Shown one piece after another: positions 35,151 to 45,178 of a DNA stretch of 64,000 nucleotides (positions within the stretch are counted from its first letter, which is position 1; each line of letters starts with the position of its first letter). The notes under the pieces were generated by a model, which saw only the letters and a program-made list of their open reading frames with translations, had not been told where the DNA came from and did not search any database. A program made the position numbers and the translations under genes. The DNA is from Gemmatimonas sp. (GTDB lineage Bacteria > Gemmatimonadota > Gemmatimonadetes > Gemmatimonadales > Gemmatimonadaceae): positions 3,904,001-3,968,000 of the forward strand of contig OZ257156.1 of the NCBI GenBank assembly GCA_965279375.1, in the 5' to 3' direction.

Positions 35151-36953
35151 TTACATCATGCCCAGCTCTTCTTCGGAGCTGTGCACCTTGCTCGGGGTTT
35201 CCGGCTTGGGCGGCTGCTCCTCGGGCACTCCCGTCACGGCGAGAACGATCCGGCGGTGGATGGGATCCACTTCCAGAACGCGCATCGTGAGGTTCATCGT
35301 CTCCCAGGCGAAGTCCGCCGGGTTGGTAACGGTGCCTTCGGGGTTGAGCTGGCTGACCGGCACGAAGCCTTCGATGTCGTTGCCGAGATCGACGACCACG
35401 CCCTTGTCCATCAAGCGCACAACCTTGCCCGGGAGGTCGGTGCCGACCGGGTAGGTCTCACCGATGCGAAGCCACGGATCTTCCTCGGCCTGCTTGAGGC
35501 CGAGCGAGATGCGCTTGTTTTCGCTGTCGATGTTGAGGATGACCACGTCCACCGCGTCGCCCTTCTTCACGACTTCCGACGGGTGCTGGACGCGCTTGGT
35601 CCACGACATGTCGGAGATGTGAATGAGGCCGTCGATGCCCGGCTCGATTTCGACGAACGCGCCGAACGAGGTCAGGTTGCGGACCTTGCCGTTGATGCGC
35701 GTGCCGACCGGGTACTTGAGCGGCAGGATGACCCACGGATCCTGCTCGGTCTGCTTCATACCGAGTGAGATCTTCTCCTCGCTCTCGTCGACCTTGAGCA
35801 CCACCGCCTCGATCGCTTCGCCAATGCTGACGATCTTCGACGGGTGACGCACGTTGCGGGTCCAGCTCATCTCGCTGATGTGCACGAGGCCTTCGATACC
35901 CGGCTCCAGCTCGATGAACGCGCCGTAGTTGGTGATCGAGACGACCTTGCCGTTGACGCGCGTACCGACCGGGTACTTGGCGGCGACATCCTTCCACGGA
36001 TACGACTGGAGCTGCTTGAGACCGAGGGAGATGCGCTCACGCTCCCAATCGATGTCGAGCACCTTGATTTCGAGCTCCATGCCGATCTGGACCATCTCGC
36101 TCGGATGCGAGATGCGGCCCCACGACATGTCGGTGATGTGCAGGAGGCCGTCGACGCCACCGAGATCGATGAATGCACCGAAGTCCGTGATGTTCTTGAC
36201 GACGCCCTTACGCACCTGATCCTTGGCGAGCTCCTTCATCAGCTTCTCGCGCTTGCCGGCGCGCTCCGACTCGAGGATCACTCGGCGGGAGACGACGATG
36301 TTGCGGCGACGCTTGTTGAGCTTGATGATCTTGAACTCGTACTTCTGGCCGAGCAGTTCGTCGATGTTCGGAACGCGACGGAGCGCGATCTGCGAACCCG
36401 GGAGGAACGCATCGACGCCCATGAGGTCGACGACGACGCCACCCTTGATCTTCTTGACGAGCGTGCCTTCGACCGGCATGTCGCTTTCGTAGGCGACGCG
36501 GATGCGCTCCCACACGCGCATGAAGTCGGCCTTCTTCTTGGACAGAACGACGGAGCCTTCCATGTCCTCGAGATGCTCGAGGAGCACTTCAACTTCGTCA
36601 CCGACCTTGAGGTCGGGCATGTCCTTGAACTCTTCGAGCGGGATCGTGCCTTCGGACTTGAAGCCGATGTCCAGAACGACGAGGTTCTCGCGGATTTCGA
36701 GCACGCGCGACTTGACGATCTCACCCTCTTCGATCGACGCGAGCGTGCCGTTGTACATCTCCATCATCGCTTCGTACTCTTCCGAAGAGAACTCGTCTTC
36801 TTCGTAGAGTTCCGGGCGCCGGTTGGCGAGCGGACGGAGTTGGGCCTTCTGCAGATCGCGCTTCTCGCGCGGCGTCAGCTTGGCCGGCATCGAGTCGGCG
36901 TTCAGGTCGAGCTCCGCGGCGATCGCGGCTTCGTTCTCGAGTTCGGTATTCAT
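35151..36953 (-). CDS. rpsA: 30S ribosomal protein S1
   Basis: Repeated S1 domains: DIGFKSEG, AFLPGSQ, FGAFIDLGGVDGLLHITDMSW, EGLVHISEMSW. Confidence 0.98.
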   Translation of the reverse strand: MNTELENEAAIAAELDLNADSMPAKLTPREKRDLQKAQLRPLANRRPELYEEDEFSSEEYEAMMEMYNGTLASIEEGEIVKSRVLEIRENLVVLDIGFKSEGTIPLEEFKDMPDLKVGDEVEVLLEHLEDMEGSVVLSKKKADFMRVWERIRVAYESDMPVEGTLVKKIKGGVVVDLMGVDAFLPGSQIALRRVPNIDELLGQKYEFKIIKLNKRRRNIVVSRRVILESERAGKREKLMKELAKDQVRKGVVKNITDFGAFIDLGGVDGLLHITDMSWGRISHPSEMVQIGMELEIKVLDIDWERERISLGLKQLQSYPWKDVAAKYPVGTRVNGKVVSITNYGAFIELEPGIEGLVHISEMSWTRNVRHPSKIVSIGEAIEAVVLKVDESEEKISLGMKQTEQDPWVILPLKYPVGTRINGKVRNLTSFGAFVEIEPGIDGLIHISDMSWTKRVQHPSEVVKKGDAVDVVILNIDSENKRISLGLKQAEEDPWLRIGETYPVGTDLPGKVVRLMDKGVVVDLGNDIEGFVPVSQLNPEGTVTNPADFAWETMNLTMRVLEVDPIHRRIVLAVTGVPEEQPPKPETPSKVHSSEEELGMM

Positions 36954-37095
36954 GCTGGGGGAAGTCTCCACATCGCGGGACAACGCTCGCCGCGCCGAGG
37001 CTGGGGTGAATGGTCCGCGCGTCGATCAGCACGATGCGCGGCACGACGCACCCCTCCGGGAAGTCCGGGTGGGCGCGTAGAGTCGAGAACCGTGA

Positions 37096-37124
37096 AACGT
37101 AGGGGAGCAGGACGGTCAGGTCAA
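37096..37124 (-). promoter_or_regulatory. Putative sigma70 promoter of rpsA
   Basis: Minus strand TTGACC-N17-TACGTT. Confidence 0.65.
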
Positions 37125-37276
37125 CGGACCACGCCAGATACCCGGGGAGCGGTCGCGCTGTAACGGTCGCGTAGGCTGCGCCCGAGACCGCCGCAGGGTA
37201 CCGACAAGCCCGGGGCGTGACGGCCGGAGCCGGGAGCGTGATCATCCCGATCCGAGCGAGATCCCCGCTAGGGAAG

Positions 37277-37308
37277 GCCTATCGAGAGCCTATCGAGAGC
37301 CTATCGAG
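37277..37308. repeat. 11-bp tandem repeat, about three copies
   Basis: GCCTATCGAGA GCCTATCGAGA GCCTATCGAG spanning the EAL gene stop codon. Confidence 0.9.
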
Positions 37309-38182
37309 GAAGCTCTCGAAGCCTGACGCCGCCAAACGGGTCGTCCGGGCTGACGTCAGAATCGAGAGAGGCGTGCCGCCCCGACGCCGCGGGCCAACGG
37401 ATCTCCTCGGGCGCCGTCGTCGCCTCGAACCGGGGGCGCCCAAAGTAGAAACCCTGCATCAGGCGAATCCCCGCGTCCTGCAGGCACTCGGACTCCTCGG
37501 AGGTCTCGATCCCTTCAGCGATGACCTGGATGCCCAGCAACCCGCAGATATCCACGATGCCGCGCACGATCACCTGCGCGGCTCGGCGGGTGTCGATCGA
37601 GCGGATCAGCTCCATGTCAAGTTTGACGATGTCCGGCTGAAAATCAGCAAGCAAATTGAGGCCAGCGTATCCGGCGCCAAAATCGTCGATCGCAGTCAAA
37701 AAGCCGATGCGCTGGTACTCGCGAAGCACCTCGGCGTACCACTTGCCGTCGCTCACGCGCTCCCCTTCGACCGTTTCGAAAATGATCTGCTCGATCGGGA
37801 ACTGAAAGCGACGCGCCGCCTCGAGCGTGGTGCGAATGCAGACTTCCGGTCGATAGACCGCGTTGGGGAGGAAGTTGATCGACAGTCGCGAGGACATGCC
37901 CAAACGCGTCGCGATCTCGATGGCGCGTACGCGACACGCCTGATCGAAACGGTACCGGTTGTCCTCGGTCACCTGCGAGAGCACGCTGCCCGCGTTCTCG
38001 CCAGCGACACCGCGGACCAGCGCCTCGTGCGCGAACAGCTCTCCGCTGACGACGTCCACGATCGGCTGATAGGCGTAGCTGAAGGCGAACCCGAGGTCGC
38101 CTCCCTGCCTGCACTGCTGGCAGCCAGGACGCTGTTCAGAGCGCCCTGCACCAACCGCTGTCGGATCTTGGATCGGAAGCAT
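37301..38182 (-). CDS. Stand-alone EAL-domain c-di-GMP phosphodiesterase with N-terminal CxxC
   Basis: YQPIVD, HEALVR, LSINF, FETVE, AIDDFGAGYAGL, IVKLD, IAEGIE, QGFYF; start uncertain. Confidence 0.92.
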   Translation of the reverse strand: MLPIQDPTAVGAGRSEQRPGCQQCRQGGDLGFAFSYAYQPIVDVVSGELFAHEALVRGVAGENAGSVLSQVTEDNRYRFDQACRVRAIEIATRLGMSSRLSINFLPNAVYRPEVCIRTTLEAARRFQFPIEQIIFETVEGERVSDGKWYAEVLREYQRIGFLTAIDDFGAGYAGLNLLADFQPDIVKLDMELIRSIDTRRAAQVIVRGIVDICGLLGIQVIAEGIETSEESECLQDAGIRLMQGFYFGRPRFEATTAPEEIRWPAASGRHASLDSDVSPDDPFGGVRLRELPR

Positions 38183-38287
38183 GACTCCACTGGAACGAGC
38201 ACGCGCGCCACAGCTGGCGCGTTCCATCGGATATCGACTCCCTCACGGTCCGACTTGAGCCGCGGACCGAACTTGCGCAGCTACGCG

Positions 38288-40261
38288 CTACGGCGCGCCC
38301 TGAAGTCGCGTGCGCGTGGCTCGAGCCAACGCCACAATGCGCTCCACCTGCTCTTCCTGCGTCAGCGAGGTGGTGTCGATGGTGATCGCATCACGCGCCG
38401 GCGCGCTTTGCGTCGCATCCTGCGCGTCGCGCGCGACGAGCGCCTCGGTTTCAGCCGCGATCTCCTCATCCCGTGGACTCCGTCCCAGGCGCTGCACGAG
38501 GCGCCGGCGCGCCCGTTCCCAAGGATCGGCGATCAGAAACACCTTGAGTGGCGCGCGCGGAAACACTGCCGTCCCGATGTCGCGTCCGTCCACCACGACA
38601 TCAGTCGCAGAGGCCGCGCTCCGCACCATGTCGTTCACCCACGCGCGTACCCTCGGCATCTGCGCGACGCGTGAGACGTTGCGCGTCACCGGCGTGTCGC
38701 GCAGCGCCTCGTCCACGATCTGCCCACTAACCAGCGGTAGCACTGACCGTTCCGTCAATCGCCACGTCACCCGACGCGCGTGCTGCAACAGCTCCTCCTC
38801 ACGCCACAGCTCCGCGTCGACACCGCTGTCGAGTCCGAGGTACGCGATGGCCCGGTAGAACGCGCCCGAGTCCACATGACGTACCCCCAACTGCTCGGCG
38901 ACCCACTGCGACGTGGAGCTCTTTCCCGATGCAGCGGGACCATCGATGGCGATGACCAGCGGTGGCGCGATGACGCGCGCCAGATCGGCCCAGAAATTGG
39001 GATAGGACACGGCGACGCACGCCGGATCGTCCACGAGGATGCTGTTGCCCGGTAGCACACCCAGTATGCCGAAGGCCATCGCGAGGCGATGATCGCCGTG
39101 GGTAGCTACGCGACCGACCAGCGGCCTGTCCGACCCAACGATGCGCATGCCGTCAGGGAACTCTTCCACTTCGACGCCAAGCGCGCGCAGGTTCTCGACG
39201 ACGGCGTGAATGCGGTCACTCTCCTTGACTCGCAACTCCGACGCGTCACGGATGCGCGTCTCGCCAACGGCGCGTGCCGCCACGCAGGCGAGCAGCGGCA
39301 ACTCGTCGATGAGACTCGGAATCTCGGCGCCGCCGATCTCTGTGCCGTGAAGTTGAGCAGGGCGCACGACGAGCGTGCCCAGGCGTTCACCGCCAACCTC
39401 GCGCTCGTCCTCGATACCGATCGAGACGCCCATGCGCCGCAGCACGTCGAACGCGCCGGTCCGCGTGGGATTGAGACACACGTCAACGAGACGGACAGTG
39501 CCCGAGTGCGCAATCGCGGCGAGCCCCGCAAAGAACGCTGCGGACGACGGATCGGCGGGAACATCCACATCGAGCGGTGCCACCGTCTGCGCGCCGTCGA
39601 GCGCGACACCGTCGGGCAAAACCCTCAGCGAGACGCCACGTGCACGCAGCATGTTCTCGCTGTGGTCACGTGAGCGCTGCGGCTCGCGGACAGTCACGGG
39701 CACTCCGCTGGCCAGCGCGGCCAACAGCACGGCGCCCTTCACCTGCGCACTCGCGTGCTCGCTCGTCCATTCGATGGACTGCAAGGCAGCACCTGTCACG
39801 CGCATCGGCAATCCGCCGTGTCCCGTCGGCCCTTCGAAGTCCACGCGTGCGCCCATCGCACCAAGCGGCGTCGCCACGCGACGCATGGGGCGACGGCTCA
39901 GACTCGCGTCACCAACGAAGCGCGCGCTGCGTCCCGACAGGCCGGCCACGAGGCCCGCGAGCAATCGTGTGGTCGTTCCGCTGTTACCGCAGTCGAGGGC
40001 GATCGCTGGCGAATGGAGCGCGCCGACGCCATCGCTGCTGACGGTCATGTCGGCGCCGAGCGCGGGAATCTCTGCGCCGAGGGCCCGCAAAGCGCCTGCC
40101 GTGGCGTGGACGTCAGCGGATTCGAGAATATGTCGAATGCGCGACTCACCGCGCGCCATTGCGGCAAATATGAGCGCGCGATGACTGATGGACTTGTCGC
40201 CGGGCGTGCGTACCACGCCGTGCACGATCAGCCGCGCGCCATCCTCACTCAACGCAGCCAC
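38288..40261 (-). CDS. aroA: Fused EPSP synthase (AroA)-cytidylate kinase (Cmk)
   Basis: PGDKSISHR, GNSGTT, SAQVK, RVKESDR, DHRLAM, SYPNFW, then in frame IAIDGPAASGKSS and DGRDIG; alternative TTG start at 40252. Confidence 0.93.
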   Translation of the reverse strand: MAALSEDGARLIVHGVVRTPGDKSISHRALIFAAMARGESRIRHILESADVHATAGALRALGAEIPALGADMTVSSDGVGALHSPAIALDCGNSGTTTRLLAGLVAGLSGRSARFVGDASLSRRPMRRVATPLGAMGARVDFEGPTGHGGLPMRVTGAALQSIEWTSEHASAQVKGAVLLAALASGVPVTVREPQRSRDHSENMLRARGVSLRVLPDGVALDGAQTVAPLDVDVPADPSSAAFFAGLAAIAHSGTVRLVDVCLNPTRTGAFDVLRRMGVSIGIEDEREVGGERLGTLVVRPAQLHGTEIGGAEIPSLIDELPLLACVAARAVGETRIRDASELRVKESDRIHAVVENLRALGVEVEEFPDGMRIVGSDRPLVGRVATHGDHRLAMAFGILGVLPGNSILVDDPACVAVSYPNFWADLARVIAPPLVIAIDGPAASGKSSTSQWVAEQLGVRHVDSGAFYRAIAYLGLDSGVDAELWREEELLQHARRVTWRLTERSVLPLVSGQIVDEALRDTPVTRNVSRVAQMPRVRAWVNDMVRSAASATDVVVDGRDIGTAVFPRAPLKVFLIADPWERARRRLVQRLGRSPRDEEIAAETEALVARDAQDATQSAPARDAITIDTTSLTQEEQVERIVALARATRTRLQGAP

Positions 40262-41103
40262 GCCTCGAGCGCGGTGGAAGCGTCGGTGCGATCATCGCGA
40301 TACTTGACGATCACCGGAGTCTGCAGCGACAGCCCTTCGCGCTCGCCGAACGCCGAGGTGACGCGACGCGCCCCCGGCACAACCACCGCGCCCTCGGGGA
40401 TTTCGAGCGGCCTGTCGGCGGTGGCACGATGCACCGTCTCCTTCACGAGATCGTACACGGGTGTGCCGCGCGTGAGGATGACGCCGGCGCCGAGTACGGC
40501 CTTGGTGCGTACAACCGTGCCTTCGTAGACGCCACAATTGCCGCCAACGATCACATCGTCTTCGATGATCACCGGCGATGCGTTGATGGGCTCGAGCACG
40601 CCGCCGATCTGCGCGGCCGCGCTCAAGTGCACACGCTCACCGATCTGCGCGCATGATCCAACGAGGGCATGCGAATCGATCATCGTGCCGCGGCCGACGT
40701 GCGCGCCGACGTTCACGTACATCGGCGGCATGCACACGACGTTGGGTGCGAGATACGCACCGCGCCGAACAGTGGAGCCACCGGGCACGATGCGCACCTG
40801 ATTCTCGAGACGGAAGTCCCGCGTCGGGAAGGTGTGCTTGTCGAAGAAGTGGAACGGGCCGCTGTCCGCCGACATCTGCACCACGCGGCCGATGCGGAAG
40901 CCGAGCAAGATCGCGCGCTTGACCCACGGGACAGCATGCCAGACGCCATCGGCGTCACGGTGTGCAGCGCGGATCTCACCGCGCTCCATCAACACGATGC
41001 ACTGGTCGAAGATCGTTGTCGCGTCGTGGGGCAGCGGACAGCCTGAATCCAGAATCAGTGGATCGCTGAGTCGCGCTTCGAGGTCGCTGATCGAGTGTGC
41101 CAT
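40249..41103 (-). CDS. dapD: Tetrahydrodipicolinate N-succinyltransferase
   Basis: WVKRAILLGF, FFDK, RIVP, VGSCAQIG..VHLS, IGGVLEP. Confidence 0.95.
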   Translation of the reverse strand: MAHSISDLEARLSDPLILDSGCPLPHDATTIFDQCIVLMERGEIRAAHRDADGVWHAVPWVKRAILLGFRIGRVVQMSADSGPFHFFDKHTFPTRDFRLENQVRIVPGGSTVRRGAYLAPNVVCMPPMYVNVGAHVGRGTMIDSHALVGSCAQIGERVHLSAAAQIGGVLEPINASPVIIEDDVIVGGNCGVYEGTVVRTKAVLGAGVILTRGTPVYDLVKETVHRATADRPLEIPEGAVVVPGARRVTSAFGEREGLSLQTPVIVKYRDDRTDASTALEAWLR

Positions 41104-41120
41104 AAAAAGAAACGTCCGGG

Positions 41121-42020
41121 TCAGGCGGGAAGCGCGCGCGCGCCAACCAGCGCCTTGCGCACGAGGTTGCGCAGCGCGCCGTCGAGTGGAACGAGCGGCA
41201 GACGCAACACATCCTGCATCTGCCCGGTCATCTCCAGCATGGCCTTCACTGGAATCGGATTCGACTCGATGAAGGCCGCGTGAATGACAGGAGCGAGCTG
41301 CGCGTCGAGTGCGCGCGCACCGGCGAAGTCACCGCGCGCGCACGCCGCGCACAAATCAGCGACGAGCTTGGGAACGACGTTTGAAACGACGGAGATCACG
41401 CCATCGCCGCCGTGCGCCATGACGCCGAGCGTGAAGCCATCATCACCGCTGAGCACGCCGAAGCCATCAGGGCGTTCGCGAATGATCTGGGCGATCTGTC
41501 CCAGATTGCCGGACGCCTCTTTGACGGCCACGAAGCGCGGATCGGCGGCGAGTTCGAGGCATGTACGCGCCTCGAGATTGATCGCCGTGCGGCCGGGCAC
41601 GTTGTACAGCACGATGGGTAAGTCGCACGCGTCGGCGATCGACCGGAAATGCGCGACGAGTGCGCGCTGCGGCGGCTTGTTGTACATCGGCGTGACATGC
41701 AGCAGGTGCGTGGCACCGGCCGACTTCGCCTCACGCGAGAACGCAATGGCCTTTGCTGTGTCGTTGGAGCCTGCCCCTGCGACCACCGGTACACGCCCGG
41801 CCACCTGCTCCACCGTGATCTCGATAACACGGCGATGCTCAGTGGCCGTCAGCGTCACCGCCTCGCCCGTAGAGCCACACGGCACCACGAAGTGCACGCC
41901 GCCCGCAATCTGGAACTCCACGAATCGACGCAGCGCGGCTTCGTCGAGAGAACCATCAGCGTTGAAGGGCGTCACCAAAGCCGTCCCGCACCCTGTCAGC
42001 GCCGTTGAAGCAGTGCTCAT
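41121..42020 (-). CDS. dapA: 4-hydroxy-tetrahydrodipicolinate synthase
   Basis: TALVTPF, GSTGE, LYNVPGRT, VKEASG, NPIPVK. Confidence 0.97.
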   Translation of the reverse strand: MSTASTALTGCGTALVTPFNADGSLDEAALRRFVEFQIAGGVHFVVPCGSTGEAVTLTATEHRRVIEITVEQVAGRVPVVAGAGSNDTAKAIAFSREAKSAGATHLLHVTPMYNKPPQRALVAHFRSIADACDLPIVLYNVPGRTAINLEARTCLELAADPRFVAVKEASGNLGQIAQIIRERPDGFGVLSGDDGFTLGVMAHGGDGVISVVSNVVPKLVADLCAACARGDFAGARALDAQLAPVIHAAFIESNPIPVKAMLEMTGQMQDVLRLPLVPLDGALRNLVRKALVGARALPA

Positions 42021-42021
42021 C

Positions 42022-42753
42022 TCACGATCCCTTGCCGCCGGCGGCGAGCACATCCTGCATGGTGTAGAGTGATGCGCGCTGCACGCGCGCGAGCCAACGC
42101 GCGGCGGCCAATGCGCCGTCCGCAAACACGCGACGATCACGTGCCTCGTGCACCAACCGGATCTGTTCGAAGGGCGCGTCCATCACGATCTCATGCGTGC
42201 CAGGCACCGAGCCGACGCGAACGCTCGTAATACCTACGTCGTGGCCAAGCCCGACCTGCAGTCGCTCCGCGATGGCAATCCCGGTGCCCGACGGGGCGTC
42301 CTTCTTGGCGCTATGGTGCGTTTCCACAACATGTGTCTCGAAACCGTGCACTTCGCGCAAGCGACGCGCCGCGTCCTCGGCGATGGCCAGAAACAGCTGT
42401 ACACCGAGCGAGAAGTTCGGGGACCACAACGCCGCCGTCCCGGTTTCCGCGATGGCCGCGTCGAGCGCATCGCGCTGCGCCGTCCAGCCCGTGGTACCGA
42501 TGACCACCGGGCATCCCGCCTTGAGACACGCGATGGCGTTCGACACGGCTGATTCAGGCTGCGTAAACTCGATCGCGACTTGCGCACCGCCGAGATCCTC
42601 GGTTCGAAGTCCACGCGCCATGTCCTCCACATCGAGCCGCGCAACCACTGAACAGCCGCGCTCCGGTGCGAGCGCGTCGAGCGCGCGTCCCATGCGCCCC
42701 ATGCCGATCAGTGCGATGCGCACCGGCTCGACGCCGCTCAGCGCGCTGCTCAC
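42022..42753 (-). CDS. dapB: 4-hydroxy-tetrahydrodipicolinate reductase
   Basis: GMGRMG, VIGTTG, NFSLG, ETHHSAKKDAPSGT. Confidence 0.96.
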   Translation of the reverse strand: MSSALSGVEPVRIALIGMGRMGRALDALAPERGCSVVARLDVEDMARGLRTEDLGGAQVAIEFTQPESAVSNAIACLKAGCPVVIGTTGWTAQRDALDAAIAETGTAALWSPNFSLGVQLFLAIAEDAARRLREVHGFETHVVETHHSAKKDAPSGTGIAIAERLQVGLGHDVGITSVRVGSVPGTHEIVMDAPFEQIRLVHEARDRRVFADGALAAARWLARVQRASLYTMQDVLAAGGKGS

Positions 42754-44105
42754 GCGTCGCGCTCGAAGAAGGTGGCGTGCAGACGCTGCATCGCTGGCAC
42801 GACCTGCTCGTCGTCGATGACGAGCGTGAAGTTGATGCCCGTGGCACTCAACGACGCCATGTGCACGGGAATGGGGCCGAGTGCGGCGATAGCGTCCGCA
42901 ATGGCGCGACCTCCGTCAGCAATGCCAGCGCCAACGATCGCGACAATGCCACGCTCGCGCTCCACGGCAACGTCACCGAACTCCATCAGATCGCCGACGA
43001 CGGCTTCGAGATTGCTTGCATCGTCGAGCGTGACCGAGATCGACACTTCCGAGGTGGCCACCACGTCAACGGAGGTGCGGTGCGTCTCGAAGACTTCGAA
43101 GACGCGACGCAGGAAGCCCGGCGCGAGCAGCATGCGCGCGGAGCGCAGTTTGACGAGCGTGGTATGACGCTTGCCCGCGATTGCTCGCACAGACATTCGC
43201 GGCGCTTCGAACGCGATCATCGTGCCGCGTCCGCCCGGGTTTCGCGAATTGAAGACGTACACCGGTATGCCACGCTGCACGGCAGGTGCAATCGTGCTGG
43301 GGTGCAGCACCTTCGCGCCGAACGACGCCAACTCGGCGGCTTCGTCAAAGCGAATGCGCTCGATCAATCGTGCGTTAGGGACCACGCGCGGATCGGCGGT
43401 GAGCATGCCATCCACATCGGTCCAGATCTCGATGGCTTCCGCATTCACCGCCGCGCCAATCAGCGACGCAGAATAGTCCGAACCACCGCGACCGAGCGTC
43501 GTGGTCACGCGTCCTGGCGCGCTCCCCACAAAGCCACCCATCACGGCGATCTGGCCACGCTCAGCGATCGGCACGATGTACGCCTGCGCTGCACGCTCGA
43601 TCTCTTCGGTATCGGGCTCGGCCCTGGTGAAGAAATCGTTGGTTCGCATGACATCGCGCGCGTCCACCCACACCGCGGGAAGCCCGCGATGCCGGAACGC
43701 AGCAGCAACGATCTGCGAGGAAAGCAACTCACCGACCGCGGCCACCGTGTCGAGCGAGCGTGGCGTGAGGTAGCCCAACGTGCGCAGCGCTTCGGCGAGA
43801 TGCGCAAGTTCATCGAACGACGCGCCAATCTCCGTCGCGATCTCGAGCGCTTCCGGCGATCCATCCAACAGGCTCGCCGCCTCGCGCAAATGCCGATCGC
43901 GCAGCTGCTCTATCAAACCGAGCGCGAGGAGCAACTCGCCCGAGGCTGCGCGATTGGCGACTTCGAGCAGCTGGTTGGTGGCGCCACCGAGCGCGGACAC
44001 TACGACGATCGGCTGCTTCGCGCGCTTGCTCTGAATGATCTGTGCCGTGCGATCGATCGCCTCCGCATCGGCCACTGACGTGCCACCGAACTTGCAGACG
44101 ATCAC
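42750..44105 (-). CDS. lysC: Aspartokinase
   Basis: KFGGTSV, TLGRGGSDYSA, DVDGMLTADPR, GAKVLHP, ACT domains. Confidence 0.96.
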   Translation of the reverse strand: MIVCKFGGTSVADAEAIDRTAQIIQSKRAKQPIVVVSALGGATNQLLEVANRAASGELLLALGLIEQLRDRHLREAASLLDGSPEALEIATEIGASFDELAHLAEALRTLGYLTPRSLDTVAAVGELLSSQIVAAAFRHRGLPAVWVDARDVMRTNDFFTRAEPDTEEIERAAQAYIVPIAERGQIAVMGGFVGSAPGRVTTTLGRGGSDYSASLIGAAVNAEAIEIWTDVDGMLTADPRVVPNARLIERIRFDEAAELASFGAKVLHPSTIAPAVQRGIPVYVFNSRNPGGRGTMIAFEAPRMSVRAIAGKRHTTLVKLRSARMLLAPGFLRRVFEVFETHRTSVDVVATSEVSISVTLDDASNLEAVVGDLMEFGDVAVERERGIVAIVGAGIADGGRAIADAIAALGPIPVHMASLSATGINFTLVIDDEQVVPAMQRLHATFFERDA

Positions 44106-45178
44106 GGCTGGGCGAGCCCCGCGAGCTGACCGGATGCCACCAGCAACTCGGCGTTGAGAATCGAACCACCGGCGGCGCCACGCACGACATTGTGCGACAT
44201 CGCGACCAGTCGCAGGTCGAAGAGATTGTCGGCGCGTACGCGTCCGATCGTGACGGCCATGCCACCGCCGGCGTTCACGTCGCGGCGCGGCTGTGGGGCG
44301 TTGTCTTCATCGCGAATGATCAGCGCGGGCACCGGCGCCGACGGCAATCCGCGCACACCGGGGAAGCCTTCCCACGCACGCAGACAGGCGAGCGCTTCTT
44401 CCGGCGACGGCGCGCGCTCAAACGCCACGGAGAGACACACCGTGTGGCCATGCTCCACCGCGACTCGATTGGCATGCGCGCTGGTGACGATGTTCGCCGG
44501 CGTGATGCTCGAGCCGGCATAGCTCCCAAGCAACTTCACCAGCTCCGTCTCGATCTTGGGTTCTTCATCGCCGATGTACGGAATGACGTTGCCGAGGATG
44601 TCGAGTGATGGCACGCCAGGATAGCCAGCGCCGGAGACCGCCTGCATCGTGGTGGCGAACACCTTCTTCACGCCGAATGCTGCATGGAGCGGTGCCAGCG
44701 CCATCGCGATCACCGTCACCGCGCAATTGGCGTTGGTGACGATGCCGCCTGGCCAGCCACGCGCCGCACGCTGCGCCGCGAGCAGTGCCAGATGATCACC
44801 ATTCACCTCGGGGATCACGAGCGGCACATCCGACTCCATGCGGTAATTCTTGGCGTTGCTCAGCACCATGCGTCCCGCCTTCGCGAACGCGGCCTCCACC
44901 TCGCCGGCCACCGACGAATCAAGCGCCGAGAAGACGATCGGAGCCGTCACCTCGGACGGATCGCACAGCTTGACGCCGAGTGCGGCCACCTTGGCCGGCA
45001 TGGTGCCTTCGAGCCAGCGCGTGGCCTCACGATACGAGCGTCCGGCACTGCGCTCCGATGCCGCGACCTCTACCAGGTCAAACCAGGGATGCCCTTCGAG
45101 CAGGCGAATGAAGGCCTGCCCAACGGCACCAGTGGCGCCGAGCACTGCGACCGGCCAGCGAGGAGTCTGAATAGTCAT
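44102..45178 (-). CDS. asd: Aspartate-semialdehyde dehydrogenase
   Basis: LGATGAVGQ, NANC, QAVSGAGYPG, HNVVRGAAG. Confidence 0.96.
   Translation of the reverse strand: MTIQTPRWPVAVLGATGAVGQAFIRLLEGHPWFDLVEVAASERSAGRSYREATRWLEGTMPAKVAALGVKLCDPSEVTAPIVFSALDSSVAGEVEAAFAKAGRMVLSNAKNYRMESDVPLVIPEVNGDHLALLAAQRAARGWPGGIVTNANCAVTVIAMALAPLHAAFGVKKVFATTMQAVSGAGYPGVPSLDILGNVIPYIGDEEPKIETELVKLLGSYAGSSITPANIVTSAHANRVAVEHGHTVCLSVAFERAPSPEEALACLRAWEGFPGVRGLPSAPVPALIIRDEDNAPQPRRDVNAGGGMAVTIGRVRADNLFDLRLVAMSHNVVRGAAGGSILNAELLVASGQLAGLAQP

Noticed and set aside
37277..37308. CRISPR-like repeat
   Set aside because: 11-bp contiguous units, no spacers, no cas genes
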